From Bacteroidales bacterium (GTDB taxonomy: Bacteria; Bacteroidota; Bacteroidia; Bacteroidales; DTU049): a stretch of DNA of 64,000 nucleotides. The stretch lies in the NCBI GenBank assembly GCA_026418905.1, contig JAOAAK010000041.1, positions 20,619-84,618 of the forward strand, written 5' to 3'. Positions 8,596-21,008 of the stretch are shown one piece after another. The translations under genes and the position numbers were made by a program. The number at the start of each line of letters is the position of its first letter. The first letter of the stretch is position 1. The notes under the pieces are model-generated. The model had not been told where the DNA came from, ran no database searches, and saw nothing but the letters and a program-made list of their open reading frames with translations.

Positions 8596-8955
8596 TTAAA
8601 ATTCAACGCGATGTATAAGTAAAATGCTGTTGTGGGGAACGATATAATATTTTTCATTGTTAATAATAACTTCGATGGCATTTTTTTGTAAAAATAATAC
8701 AAAATCCCCTACTTTTGCTTGCAGAGGAATGTATTGAGGTTCATTTTGCTGATTTTTCCATGGCTCATCATTCTCACGAGGAATTGGAATAGGATAGCCA
8801 GGTCCAACTTTAATGATCCATCCACTCAAGATAGGTTCTTTTAATTGATATCCTGGTGGTAGGTAAAGTCCGCCAATGGTCTGTTCTTCTTCCTTTTTTA
8901 ATTTAACAAGGACTCTTTCACCAACCATAATAATGTTGTTGAGATCCAGTTCCAT
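8596..8955 (-). CDS. GroES/Cpn10-fold family protein with an internal insertion
   Basis: By eye it aligns to GroES: 'GERVLVKLKKEEEQTIGGLYLP', 'GWIIKVGPG', 'PLQAKVGDFVLF', 'EKYYIVPHNSILL'. It has an extra ~15 aa ('IPIPRENDEPWKNQQNEPQY') where the roof hairpin lies. Confidence 0.5.
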   Translation of the reverse strand: MELDLNNIIMVGERVLVKLKKEEEQTIGGLYLPPGYQLKEPILSGWIIKVGPGYPIPIPRENDEPWKNQQNEPQYIPLQAKVGDFVLFLQKNAIEVIINNEKYYIVPHNSILLIHRVEF

Positions 8956-8959
8956 TTTA

Positions 8960-10990
8960 TTACTTTTTTATGATAAAAAAATTCTGGTTTTCATTACGAA
9001 ATCTTAAATTCACAATATATACTCCTTCCCTTAAATCATGAACATAAATAACAGGATTTTCTTTTGAAATCAAATGTTCCGAGACTAGTTTGCTATCTAT
9101 TGAAAAAATCCGAACATGAGTTTTTTCCTCAATTCCCGTCAAAAAAAGTTTATCTTGAACAGGATTAGGATAAGCAAATAACTCCTGGGGAAGATCTTTA
9201 ATATAAGCAGCTGAAGGGTGGTAATAAGCTACAAAACCATTTGCCCTATAAGTGGGTGAAGTTTTAAAAATAACAGAAAGGTCTCCACTAAGCGAAAATA
9301 TGGGATCAGGCAAACTGAAGCCAGAAAGGTCGACAAGGTGTCCGGAGGAATTATCGAAAATTCGTACATAATCAGTTGGATCTACTTCGAAAGTCAAGAA
9401 CTTAAGCCATGTGGGCTGGTAAGTTTGAATTTTCCATCTGCACAGTGTGTTTCCCTGATAAGGATATGAGCCACTACCGTCAGAAAAAGTGTCCGTGGGT
9501 TGATTCAAAGTAACAATACCACTGCAATAGGATAGAGTTGTTGCACGGTACTCAATTAAAAAACCATCACTACTATCATTTGAAGAAGTAAAAGTTAATA
9601 GCAAACGAGATGTATTGGGTACGTGAAGATGAAAAGAGTTGAAATGTCCTGTGAATGCTCCAACAAGCGGGGCAGATGGATTATCGCCAGCAAAGATTTT
9701 CAGAACCCCACCAGAATCTACATTAAATTCTATAAAATCCAGGTGAAAACCTGTGACACTATCTTCAGGAAGTATAAGCCAACTACAATGGGTATGAGAT
9801 TTATAGGGATACAAAGGACCTGACCCATCGTCAATGGTACCGGTCACAGATTTTAACGTATCTATTCCTTGGCAATAGGGTGGATAATTACCAACAGGAA
9901 TCATGTTTACAATAACTTCCTGTGAGAGATTAAAATTAGCTCCACCTGGGGTGAGTTGATCAAGGTAGAAGTAGCCATCAAACAATCCACCCCAGCCCCA
10001 GTTAATATGAAAATAAGTACTATCCTGGTAACCATCAACAACAAATGCATGTCCAGAGGTATAGGTAGTATCACTCCAACCAGCATAATAAAGAGGTAAC
10101 TTTTGGTTTAAATGATCAAGAATTACATTAATCCAATTTCCTTGAAAAGTATCCCTAAATAAGTATTGTGTTTGAGAATTATATGAAAAGAATTCACGCA
10201 TGATATAAGCGGCTTTGTGATTGGTCATGCCACTCCCATGTGGCCCATAATGCATATCAACCGATACACCAATATGGTAAAGTAATTTGGCAACCTCTTT
10301 GTTCTCGCGCGATAAAAAAGTAGGCATTTCATTGTATTGGTAGGTATGTTGAGAAAAATCTACAAAAAGTACTCCATAAGTAGTGTCTTCGCTTGTGTAA
10401 GCCCCTGTACCTCGCACGGGCCACCGAAAATAGTTAAAAAGCTGACCAATCGCTGTAGCTACACATCCTGTTACGCATCTGTTATCGGGACCAGCTGGGT
10501 CAATAGGACAATACATGTTGTAATATGTACCTTGATCCCATGTAGTATGAAGTAAAGGTCCTACTTGTGATTTCAATTTGGGTATATGGCCTTTGAGGTA
10601 GTCTTGATAAAGTTTGATGCTTTTTTCACTGGGTGTAATTTTGTTTTGGATAGCATGTTTAACTTGCCTGGCGTAACTATTCAACCATAGAGAAAAAGCC
10701 TGATGAGGTTCTTGAGAAACAAGCTTTCCCTTGTTACTATAGGCAAGGACAGGAACAGAAACAATCCATGCAGGAACCACCACAAAGCCTTCAGGTTCTA
10801 AATAAAGAATATATAAAACCGTATCATTTTCAAAAACGTAAGTCTTAATATGTAAGGAATCAAATATCACTTGTCTCTGTAATTTTTCCTTTCCAAAGTA
10901 AAATCCGATAGAGTAAGCATCATTTAAACTAATTCTCTGACTAAGCAGTAAAAATGTGAATGCAACAAAAAGCAATGAAAATTTTTTCAT
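8960..10990 (-). CDS. C10 (streptopain-like) cysteine peptidase with CUB-like domains and T9SS type-A CTD
   Basis: 'TTWDQGTYYNMYCP..VTGCVATAIGQLFNYFRWP' (catalytic Cys), 'SGHAFVVDGY' (His), signal peptide, and C-terminal 'LFAYPNPVQDKLFL..VRIFSIDSKLV..EGVYIVNLRF'. Confidence 0.75.
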   Translation of the reverse strand: MKKFSLLFVAFTFLLLSQRISLNDAYSIGFYFGKEKLQRQVIFDSLHIKTYVFENDTVLYILYLEPEGFVVVPAWIVSVPVLAYSNKGKLVSQEPHQAFSLWLNSYARQVKHAIQNKITPSEKSIKLYQDYLKGHIPKLKSQVGPLLHTTWDQGTYYNMYCPIDPAGPDNRCVTGCVATAIGQLFNYFRWPVRGTGAYTSEDTTYGVLFVDFSQHTYQYNEMPTFLSRENKEVAKLLYHIGVSVDMHYGPHGSGMTNHKAAYIMREFFSYNSQTQYLFRDTFQGNWINVILDHLNQKLPLYYAGWSDTTYTSGHAFVVDGYQDSTYFHINWGWGGLFDGYFYLDQLTPGGANFNLSQEVIVNMIPVGNYPPYCQGIDTLKSVTGTIDDGSGPLYPYKSHTHCSWLILPEDSVTGFHLDFIEFNVDSGGVLKIFAGDNPSAPLVGAFTGHFNSFHLHVPNTSRLLLTFTSSNDSSDGFLIEYRATTLSYCSGIVTLNQPTDTFSDGSGSYPYQGNTLCRWKIQTYQPTWLKFLTFEVDPTDYVRIFDNSSGHLVDLSGFSLPDPIFSLSGDLSVIFKTSPTYRANGFVAYYHPSAAYIKDLPQELFAYPNPVQDKLFLTGIEEKTHVRIFSIDSKLVSEHLISKENPVIYVHDLREGVYIVNLRFRNENQNFFIIKK

Positions 10991-11062
10991 TTGTTTAGAG
11001 ATTCATTTGCAAAATAATAATAAAATTCTAAATGATTTATTTTTACGTTTTTAAAATTTGGC

Positions 11063-13735
11063 ATGAAAAAAGTACGTGAGATTTTTCAAAGCTGGTTGTC
11101 TGAGACAGATGAAAGTGAGAGAGAAAAATATTTTAATGAGCAAATTGTTCCCCTTCTTTTCAACTACCCTGGGTCTCGTGTAGATTGGAAGTCCTTATAT
11201 TATATTAACTCGTATCAAGGTTTTGTTCACTGGTTAACGGAACAGGTTCATGACAGTCTGCCTGTTGATAAGTGTCTAGTATCATTTTCAGAGTGTATAT
11301 TGGACGATCGCCTTCGTTTATTAGCTTTATCTGGTACTCAGGAGCTGGTAGAGCTGTTAAGCAAGCAAATATTTTCCGATTTTATAGACTTAAGCTTTTT
11401 ATTAAATAGTGATGTAAAAGAACAAATCAAAAAAAACGAATTGATTTTTCTTCACGATTTGAGGCAAGTTCTTTTGAATTTATATCGTCCAGAAATAGAC
11501 CATTTGCTTAAGGAAATTTCTCTGTCTTATATGTATGGGTTTGGCTTTGTGGATGAAAAAAATATTCTTGGCACGTTGGTCATATTCGTTCCCAGAATTC
11601 TAAATGCACTGGAGATACACAGGTTGAATTCTTTTTTGAAATTCCTTAATGCTTTATTTCTTTTTTTTCAAAGATACTTGTACTTGACTCATGTTTATCA
11701 CGATCTTGAATTATTGTTAAATCAAAATAAGCAATGTATCGTATTGTTCGATGAAAATGGTAAATGGATAGTTGGAAATCAGGTTGCAATCGAAATTTTT
11801 TTGGGTCAAGTTGATTTATTTGATTCAAAAACGCTTGACATATTGGGTTTAACTTTATTGGACGTAGAAAATTTAAAAAATGGAAAACATTTTTTCTTTT
11901 CTACATATCATCTAAAAAATCTTAAAAATACTCATCTTAGAAATATGGTTTATGGTTACATAAAACCACATTTTAAAACTCCTCATCAGGTATCATCTTA
12001 CTTAATGTATTTTCTTCCATCCGATGAATCTGAAAATATCAAAAAATCCATTGCAGCCATTGAAGAAAGGTATCAGAGAATTTTTTACTACATGCAGGAT
12101 GTTTATTTTGAGGTTGATTGGGATGGAAATATCATCGAACTAAGTCCTTCGGTTGGCAAAGTGATAGGAAAACCTCGAGAAGAATTGATAGGTAAGAATA
12201 TGCTAGAATTCTATAATGATCCCCTGGAACGTGAAAAATATTTACAACTTCTATCCGTACAAGGTTCTGTACAAAATTATCTTTTAGAACTGAAAAGTAA
12301 TGAAGGAGAAATTTTTTATGTTTCTGTGAATTCTAAGGTCATTCAAAATAGTGATGGAAAAAAGATCATTGTTGGATCTTTGAGAAATGTAACATCTGAA
12401 GAGTTAAATAAACGCGAACTTCATGAAGCCCAGCAAAAATTTAGAACTATTTTTGAGGAAGTACCTGTTGGGCTTTGTTTGCTTGGCTTGGACGGTCAGG
12501 TAATTGAAATCAACGAAACACTTGTTAAAATGTTAGGATCTCCTTCTAAGGAAATGAGTAAACAGTTGAATATATTTAAAGTAACTCCCGAAAGAACAAC
12601 TGAACTCAAGAAAGCCATTGAGCGTGTTCATCAGACAGGGCAAACGATGACAGCGGAGATCAATTATCGAAGTTATTGGGGTAAAGAACTTTACGCACGC
12701 GTACAAATTAAACCTTTTTATTTTACAGGTTTTGATGTGCCTACTGTGTTACTTCTTGTGGAAGACCTTACGGATTATCAGCATATCAAGAAAGAACAAG
12801 CTACTTTGCAAACGCGATTTAACGAACTCTTTAATAAAACCAAAGATTTCGTTTTGCTTTTGAACGAAAAATGGGAAATTGTTTCAGCTAATGAGGTATT
12901 TGTTCAATGGAGTGGTTTATCGCTTTCGCAAGTAAACAAGCAATCTATTCATGCTTTTTTCTCTTTCGGGGATGTTGAGCGTATGAAAAAACTACTTATT
13001 CATTCCCATCAGAATCTCGTGTTAACTCTTGAAATGACTAATCTTCGAAATGAAAAACGATGGGTTGAATTATCCCTTACACCATTGCCAGATAAAGATA
13101 ATCAGCAAGAAATATTTATTCTTGGGCGAGATGTTACAGAACGAATGCATCAATCTATCTTGCTTGAAAAAACATTGCAAGAAAAAGAAAGATTAATCCT
13201 TGAATTACATCATAGGTTAAAAAATATTTTTCAAATTATTCTTTCTTTGTTGAATCATTACGACCGTTATTTCAAATCTACTTCGATGCCACAAGATTAT
13301 TTCGATTTGCTCAAAAAGAAAATATTTATCATGGCTATTGCTTACACTGAGTTTTATTTCAAAGATTTTCAGTTGAATATTCCCATTCATCAATTTATTG
13401 ATCTTTTGGCACTTACTAGCCAAATGACCAACTTTCATTTGGTAAAAGATAATAATCAAACGAATTTTCAGATAAATATCGACAAAGCTATCCCCTTGGG
13501 TTTAGCCATTAATTGCCTCTATAACATGGCAGAAAAATACCATAACGATAAAGAATTTCAGATCAATGTTAAACTTCATGAAAGTCAATGTGAAATTTCT
13601 TTTTCCAACTGTGCTTTTCCTTTGTCTATTTTAAAACAATATCCTTTTGAAGCAGAGTTTCTTAAAATGATGGTAACTCATGCGCTCAATGGTCGATTAA
13701 CGATTGATCAGGATCGATGCTTGATTCTCTATTAA
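11063..13735 (+). CDS. Cytoplasmic multi-PAS sensor protein with HisKA_2-type H-box and a degenerate ATPase domain
   Basis: PAS-like repeats run from about aa 330 to 700. H-box 'LELHHRLKNIFQIILSLLN'. The C-terminal region 'LGLAINCLYNMAEKY..FSNCAF' lacks clear N/G1/G2 boxes. Confidence 0.65.
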   Translation: MKKVREIFQSWLSETDESEREKYFNEQIVPLLFNYPGSRVDWKSLYYINSYQGFVHWLTEQVHDSLPVDKCLVSFSECILDDRLRLLALSGTQELVELLSKQIFSDFIDLSFLLNSDVKEQIKKNELIFLHDLRQVLLNLYRPEIDHLLKEISLSYMYGFGFVDEKNILGTLVIFVPRILNALEIHRLNSFLKFLNALFLFFQRYLYLTHVYHDLELLLNQNKQCIVLFDENGKWIVGNQVAIEIFLGQVDLFDSKTLDILGLTLLDVENLKNGKHFFFSTYHLKNLKNTHLRNMVYGYIKPHFKTPHQVSSYLMYFLPSDESENIKKSIAAIEERYQRIFYYMQDVYFEVDWDGNIIELSPSVGKVIGKPREELIGKNMLEFYNDPLEREKYLQLLSVQGSVQNYLLELKSNEGEIFYVSVNSKVIQNSDGKKIIVGSLRNVTSEELNKRELHEAQQKFRTIFEEVPVGLCLLGLDGQVIEINETLVKMLGSPSKEMSKQLNIFKVTPERTTELKKAIERVHQTGQTMTAEINYRSYWGKELYARVQIKPFYFTGFDVPTVLLLVEDLTDYQHIKKEQATLQTRFNELFNKTKDFVLLLNEKWEIVSANEVFVQWSGLSLSQVNKQSIHAFFSFGDVERMKKLLIHSHQNLVLTLEMTNLRNEKRWVELSLTPLPDKDNQQEIFILGRDVTERMHQSILLEKTLQEKERLILELHHRLKNIFQIILSLLNHYDRYFKSTSMPQDYFDLLKKKIFIMAIAYTEFYFKDFQLNIPIHQFIDLLALTSQMTNFHLVKDNNQTNFQINIDKAIPLGLAINCLYNMAEKYHNDKEFQINVKLHESQCEISFSNCAFPLSILKQYPFEAEFLKMMVTHALNGRLTIDQDRCLILY

Positions 13736-13774
13736 AGCATGAAACTATTTTAAATTTGCACTTATATTTATTCG

Positions 13775-14844
13775 ATGGATGTTGCTTTGTTAGTTTCTGG
13801 AGGTGTTGATAGTAGCGTTGCCTGTTATTTGATGGTACAACGTGGATATAAGCCTCATTTATTCTATATAGCTATCGGTCCTGATAAAGGAATTAAGGAG
13901 TTCGACTGTAAGATGGAAGAAGATGTTGAAATGTGTAGGTGGATAGCAAAAAAGTTCCAACTCCCTTTCGAAATAGTTTCCTTACATGATGAATATTGGG
14001 AAATGATTATGCACTATCATTTAGAAAGTCTTAAAATGGGAAAAACTCCTAATCCGGACGTATTGTGCAATCAGCTCATCAAATTTGGAATTTTTGTTGA
14101 AAAATATGGTAAGAATTACTCTCTTGTTGCTACTGGTCATTACGCTCACATTCAGAGATGGCAAGGGGTCGGATATCTTCACACTGCAAAAGATAAAATA
14201 AAAGATCAAACATATTTTCTTTCCTCTCTTTCTTTGGAACAATTACAACATCTACATTTTCCTCTTGCTCACATTACGAAAGAAGAAGTTCGAGCATTAG
14301 CAAAAGATCTTGGATTTCCAAATGCCAATCGTAAAGGAAGTAGTGGAATTTGTTTCATAGCCCGAAATCAATATACTGAATTAATTAAAAGTTTCCTTGG
14401 AACTTGGGAAGGAGAATTTGTAGAGTACGAAACAGGCAAAAAAATAGGTCAACATCAGGGTCATTGGTTTTATACCATTGGTCAGCGAAAAGGACTTGGT
14501 CTGCCGGGAGGACCATGGTTTGTCGTAAAAAAGGATGCCTATCAAAATGTGGTATACATTTCGAGAGGGTATCAACCAGAAAGCATCATGAAAAGAATTA
14601 TCTATGTTCGGGACATTCATCCTTTATTCCCCGTTGAAATTAATGAACACAATTACATTCATGGATTTGTGAAAATTAGACATACTCCAAATTTTTCGAA
14701 GGCAAAGGTGATCAAAAAAGGTCACTACATTCTGATAGAAACCGAAGAACCTCAACAAGGTGTGGCACCAGGGCAATTTGCTGTCATGTATGATGAAAAT
14801 CGAAAATTTGTTTTATTTTCAGGTGAAATGATATATCCAGACAC

Positions 14845-14848
<4 letters not shown>
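13775..14848 (+). CDS. mnmA: tRNA-specific 2-thiouridylase
   Basis: PP-loop 'LVSGGVDSSVA', 'NPDVLCN', 'ATGHYA', 'KDQTYFL'. Length is 357 aa. Confidence 0.9.
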
Positions 14849-17432
<2,584 letters not shown>

Positions 17433-17450
17433 TCAATTAACTTCTCTCTA

Positions 17451-17458
17451 CAAAGGTA
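17451..17458 (-). promoter_or_regulatory. Putative -7 box (TAnnTTTG) for gyrB
   Basis: Minus-strand 'taccTTTG' (plus-strand caaaggta), 24 nt upstream of the gyrB ATG. Confidence 0.3.
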
Positions 17459-17538
17459 GCAAGAATATTTAAGATAAACACCTTTTAAAAAACATTTCTG
17501 TCTTAAAAAAAAGCCTCTTCATCTAAAATATTTAAAAA

Positions 17539-18855
17539 CTAATTATGTGATTGTACAGTGTCTTGCAATATTTTCTCAAGTTCCGAAAAATTAGGGAGAA
17601 CGTTTTTGATTCGTTTTTCTTCTTCTTGAAGTAGTATTCGACCTAATTTTCCAAAGAAAGGAAATGCAATCTGATGGTATTCGTATTGATCATCATTAAG
17701 AATATCGTTTGCATTGGTATAAATAACAGCAGCCACCAAAAATTCAATCTTTTTTTCAAGATGAACGATGTATGCTACATCCATCACAAAACCATAACTG
17801 AGTCCGACTATGTTAAAAATTTTTAATCCATTATCTTGGATGGTATCTTTAGAATCGCCAATGCAAAAATATTTTTTATAACTGTCTTCGTATTTCTCGT
17901 AATTTTTGTATATTTTGTATTTAGATTGACGAGGATACATGGCAAGATATCGGATTAAAAAAGCTCTGTCTTCTTCTGATATGTTCCATCTTTTACGAGG
18001 TGGTAGTGACTCGGGGAAAAAAATGGATTGAATCATTTCTAGAGCATCTTCTAAAGGCAGGAAAGATGAATAACGAAAATCGAAAGGTTTCTCTTCAAGA
18101 ACTTTGCCTTTTAGGTAACCTTTACCAATTTGGGTTTGAATGTTGTACGGAACGTACAATATTTGAGTATTGGTCTGAGGAGGTTGATAATATAGAATTT
18201 GGTTGTGTTTGTTATAAAACCAAAATGGATTAGTCAAGCGATTTTCTTCGACAGAGCAGGCAGAAGAAAAACGTTTTAGAATATAAACGTCTTTGTATCC
18301 TTTTTTTCGAAGTTGTTGGTGAATGTATTGTTGTCCAAGGAATTCATACAAACGATTATATGATATATTATCGGAAACAAGAAGTATTTTTCGAATAAAA
18401 TCAGCTATGGTTGGGCATCCATCTAATGATGTGGAATCATCTGTAAGTTTTGTCTGACATGAGCTAACCTTACCTATTTTCAGGCAAGTATATTTGTTTA
18501 CACCGTATTTTTTAAGCGTCTGTAACTTTTCAAGAGATAAGAGTATGACAGGCAACTTGATAAGACTAGCAGGATAAAAATAGTGGTAACGATTTACGCC
18601 TAAAGTATGCCTGGAAAAATGTGGTTTTTGAAGTGAATCTCGATTAATCCTGACGAAAATGATTTGCAATTGAAATTTCTCAGGTTCCTCATATATTTCT
18701 GGAAAGGAATCACAATACTGAACAAAAATGAGATTTGCAAGATACGATGTATCATCAGGTTTGTAGACATACTGACTTTTTCCTTCTTTCAGGCAAGGAA
18801 AAAAATAGATGAAAAATACTAGTAAAAAATTATTTAATTCTAATTTTCTGACCAA
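17539..18855 (-). CDS. Class-A beta-lactamase-related serine hydrolase
   Basis: 'PASLIKLPV' (S-x-x-K) and 'LVSDNISYN' (SDN). N-terminal signal-like sequence. Length is 438 aa. Confidence 0.6.
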   Translation of the reverse strand: MVRKLELNNFLLVFFIYFFPCLKEGKSQYVYKPDDTSYLANLIFVQYCDSFPEIYEEPEKFQLQIIFVRINRDSLQKPHFSRHTLGVNRYHYFYPASLIKLPVILLSLEKLQTLKKYGVNKYTCLKIGKVSSCQTKLTDDSTSLDGCPTIADFIRKILLVSDNISYNRLYEFLGQQYIHQQLRKKGYKDVYILKRFSSACSVEENRLTNPFWFYNKHNQILYYQPPQTNTQILYVPYNIQTQIGKGYLKGKVLEEKPFDFRYSSFLPLEDALEMIQSIFFPESLPPRKRWNISEEDRAFLIRYLAMYPRQSKYKIYKNYEKYEDSYKKYFCIGDSKDTIQDNGLKIFNIVGLSYGFVMDVAYIVHLEKKIEFLVAAVIYTNANDILNDDQYEYHQIAFPFFGKLGRILLQEEEKRIKNVLPNFSELEKILQDTVQSHN

Positions 18856-19852
18856 TTTGAATGACTGAATTAGGCTGGATATTGTTGAGTTTGCATAAAT
18901 TTTCTACTGTTGTACCATATTTATTAGCTATAGACCAGAGAGATTCACCTTTTTGAACCATATGGTATGTACCTGGTTTTACTGACTGGTATAGTTTGTC
19001 GTTAGATGGTGAAGCTTTATTAGGATTGGTTTGAGTTGGCGTAGTCACACCTCCGTATCTGGGCATGGGTTTGTCGCCGTTGACAAGATTTCTTGCGTAA
19101 GCTTTGTGATCTTGTACAACTTTAAAGTCTGAAGGTTTCAATACTAGGGTATCACTCTTAAGCTTTTGGTTTTCGAAATCTATGATTTTGAGTGGATCAA
19201 AAGCATGGTCTTTCCAGCGCACCTCAAAATGGAGATGAGCACCCGTCCAGCTAGCACCCGTATTGCCACCAGCTCCTATGATTTGACCAGCTTTTACAAT
19301 TTGATTGGGTTTGACATAAATTTTTGAAAGGTGAGCATAATAAGTCTCAAGACCATTAAAATGCCTAATGATGATTAGTTTTCCATAACCACCCTTGTTG
19401 TATTGGGCATATCTGACTTTCCCATCGAAAGCGGCCCTCACTGGCGTACCAACATCCAAATTAATATCAATAGCTTTGTGCTCACGACGTCCACGCCACC
19501 CAAAACCTGAATTGATTGAACCATAATGAGGCAAAACAAATTTTCTGACAGAATCTATCAAAGGTATAACGATACTATCATTAATAGTACCTGAAGAGCC
19601 ATAAGTAAAAGTCATATTAGTGTTCCAGCATTCTTTAAATATCATAGAAGTGTCACAAAAAAGTTCATCTCTTTTTAACTGATCGATGGAGGATAAAAAA
19701 GTCCAGCTATTGTTTTTATATAAAACAATTTTCTCACCTTGATATTCAATTGTATCTAGAACATCTGAAAAGTCATCTGCGAGAGAATCAACTTGAGAAA
19801 ATATTATAGAAGGAATAAGAAACAAAAGAATAGAAAACTTTTTCAAAATCAT
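18830..19852 (-). CDS. M23 family metallopeptidase with C-terminal LysM domain
   Basis: 'HKAIDINLDVGTPV' and 'GAHLHFEV'. LysM 'YHMVQKGESLWSIANKYGTTVENLCKLNNI..IQIGQKIRI'. Confidence 0.85.
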   Translation of the reverse strand: MILKKFSILLFLIPSIIFSQVDSLADDFSDVLDTIEYQGEKIVLYKNNSWTFLSSIDQLKRDELFCDTSMIFKECWNTNMTFTYGSSGTINDSIVIPLIDSVRKFVLPHYGSINSGFGWRGRREHKAIDINLDVGTPVRAAFDGKVRYAQYNKGGYGKLIIIRHFNGLETYYAHLSKIYVKPNQIVKAGQIIGAGGNTGASWTGAHLHFEVRWKDHAFDPLKIIDFENQKLKSDTLVLKPSDFKVVQDHKAYARNLVNGDKPMPRYGGVTTPTQTNPNKASPSNDKLYQSVKPGTYHMVQKGESLWSIANKYGTTVENLCKLNNIQPNSVIQIGQKIRIK

Positions 19853-19853
19853 G

Positions 19854-21008
19854 TTATTTTTTTATTGCAACAAAAATAAGAGATTTTGGGTTATAACCAA
19901 AACGAAATCGAAGTTCCTCATTTTGAGCAGTAATGGTGACAAGTTCAGGTTGGTGATACGCAGCAAAAACAGGAATGGTCTGGGTGTACTTTCCAAAAAA
20001 GCTCAAATTCCAAAGATCATTCTTCAAAAATTTCAAAGGAACACCGCTATCATCTTGTACGATATTTTTACTAGCAGACAAGATGATATTTCTGATTTTG
20101 CTATATTTATCTTCATGTGGGCAATATGAACTGGATTTAATGAAAGTAGAAACATTTTTTAAGCGAGACAAGAATTTTTCACCGTTAGGAAATGCTTGAA
20201 AACCATCATTGCGTATACTGTAACTCAAATAACTAAGTTTTTGAATCCGATAGATTTTTTCATTGTAAAATGTAATTTCCACTCCGTGTGAAAATTTGTG
20301 TCGAGGATGAAAACTGGTGTCGTTATGATATACTATTTGTCCATTTTCGTTCAATTCAAATGATTTAATCTGTAAGATTCGAAGATGATGTCGTGCCATA
20401 AAGAAAAGAAGAAGAGGAAGAGTGCCCTGAATTTGTTCATTATTTACTTGATATTTCATTTTCTTTGTAATGAAGAAGCTCAGGTTTAAGTTATCGTATA
20501 TAGCTTGATGGAGTGTTGAAAAAAAAGAATTAAGTTGACGACCGATTTTTTGAATGTCAGGTATTTTGCCAATGGGTTCAAGTGCGACCATAATGTAACA
20601 GCGGGCATCTGGGAAAAAAGCATACATGTAGGAGAAATCAGGTCCGCTGAATGGATAGAAAACTGTATCTGTTTTTATAAGGAGTGTATCCAAATGAGTA
20701 GAAACCCAGCTTCGGATAACTTTTATTTTTTCTTTTTCAAATTGTTTCCATGCTGAGTCAGTTTGCTGTGCATAAGATTTCCACTCATGAGTCTGAGTTA
20801 GCTGAAAAAATTGGCTTGTATCGCTCACAGGCAAGCCAGCTATAAATCGCGATATGTCATCATAATAAGTAGACTGCCATACAAGTGTATCTCTTTGAGG
20901 AGAACTCGTCAGTGTTTTTGATGTGTCCTTGTTATTGTTGTCTACTTTTGTTTCGGAACCACAGGCAGACATTAAAATAGCAAAAATGACAATGAAAATA
21001 TTTTTCAT
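19854..21008 (-). CDS. Hypothetical lipoprotein
   Basis: 'MKNIFIVIFAILMSAC' lipobox-like signal. No motif recognised. Confidence 0.5.
   Translation of the reverse strand: MKNIFIVIFAILMSACGSETKVDNNNKDTSKTLTSSPQRDTLVWQSTYYDDISRFIAGLPVSDTSQFFQLTQTHEWKSYAQQTDSAWKQFEKEKIKVIRSWVSTHLDTLLIKTDTVFYPFSGPDFSYMYAFFPDARCYIMVALEPIGKIPDIQKIGRQLNSFFSTLHQAIYDNLNLSFFITKKMKYQVNNEQIQGTLPLLLFFMARHHLRILQIKSFELNENGQIVYHNDTSFHPRHKFSHGVEITFYNEKIYRIQKLSYLSYSIRNDGFQAFPNGEKFLSRLKNVSTFIKSSSYCPHEDKYSKIRNIILSASKNIVQDDSGVPLKFLKNDLWNLSFFGKYTQTIPVFAAYHQPELVTITAQNEELRFRFGYNPKSLIFVAIKK

Noticed and set aside
8596-8955. 119-aa protein as a staphostatin/Spi-type inhibitor of the adjacent C10 protease.
   Set aside because: The sequence aligns well by eye with GroES motifs, so the Cpn10 fold is the better-supported call. 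The idea is retained only as a low-weight alternative in the findings.
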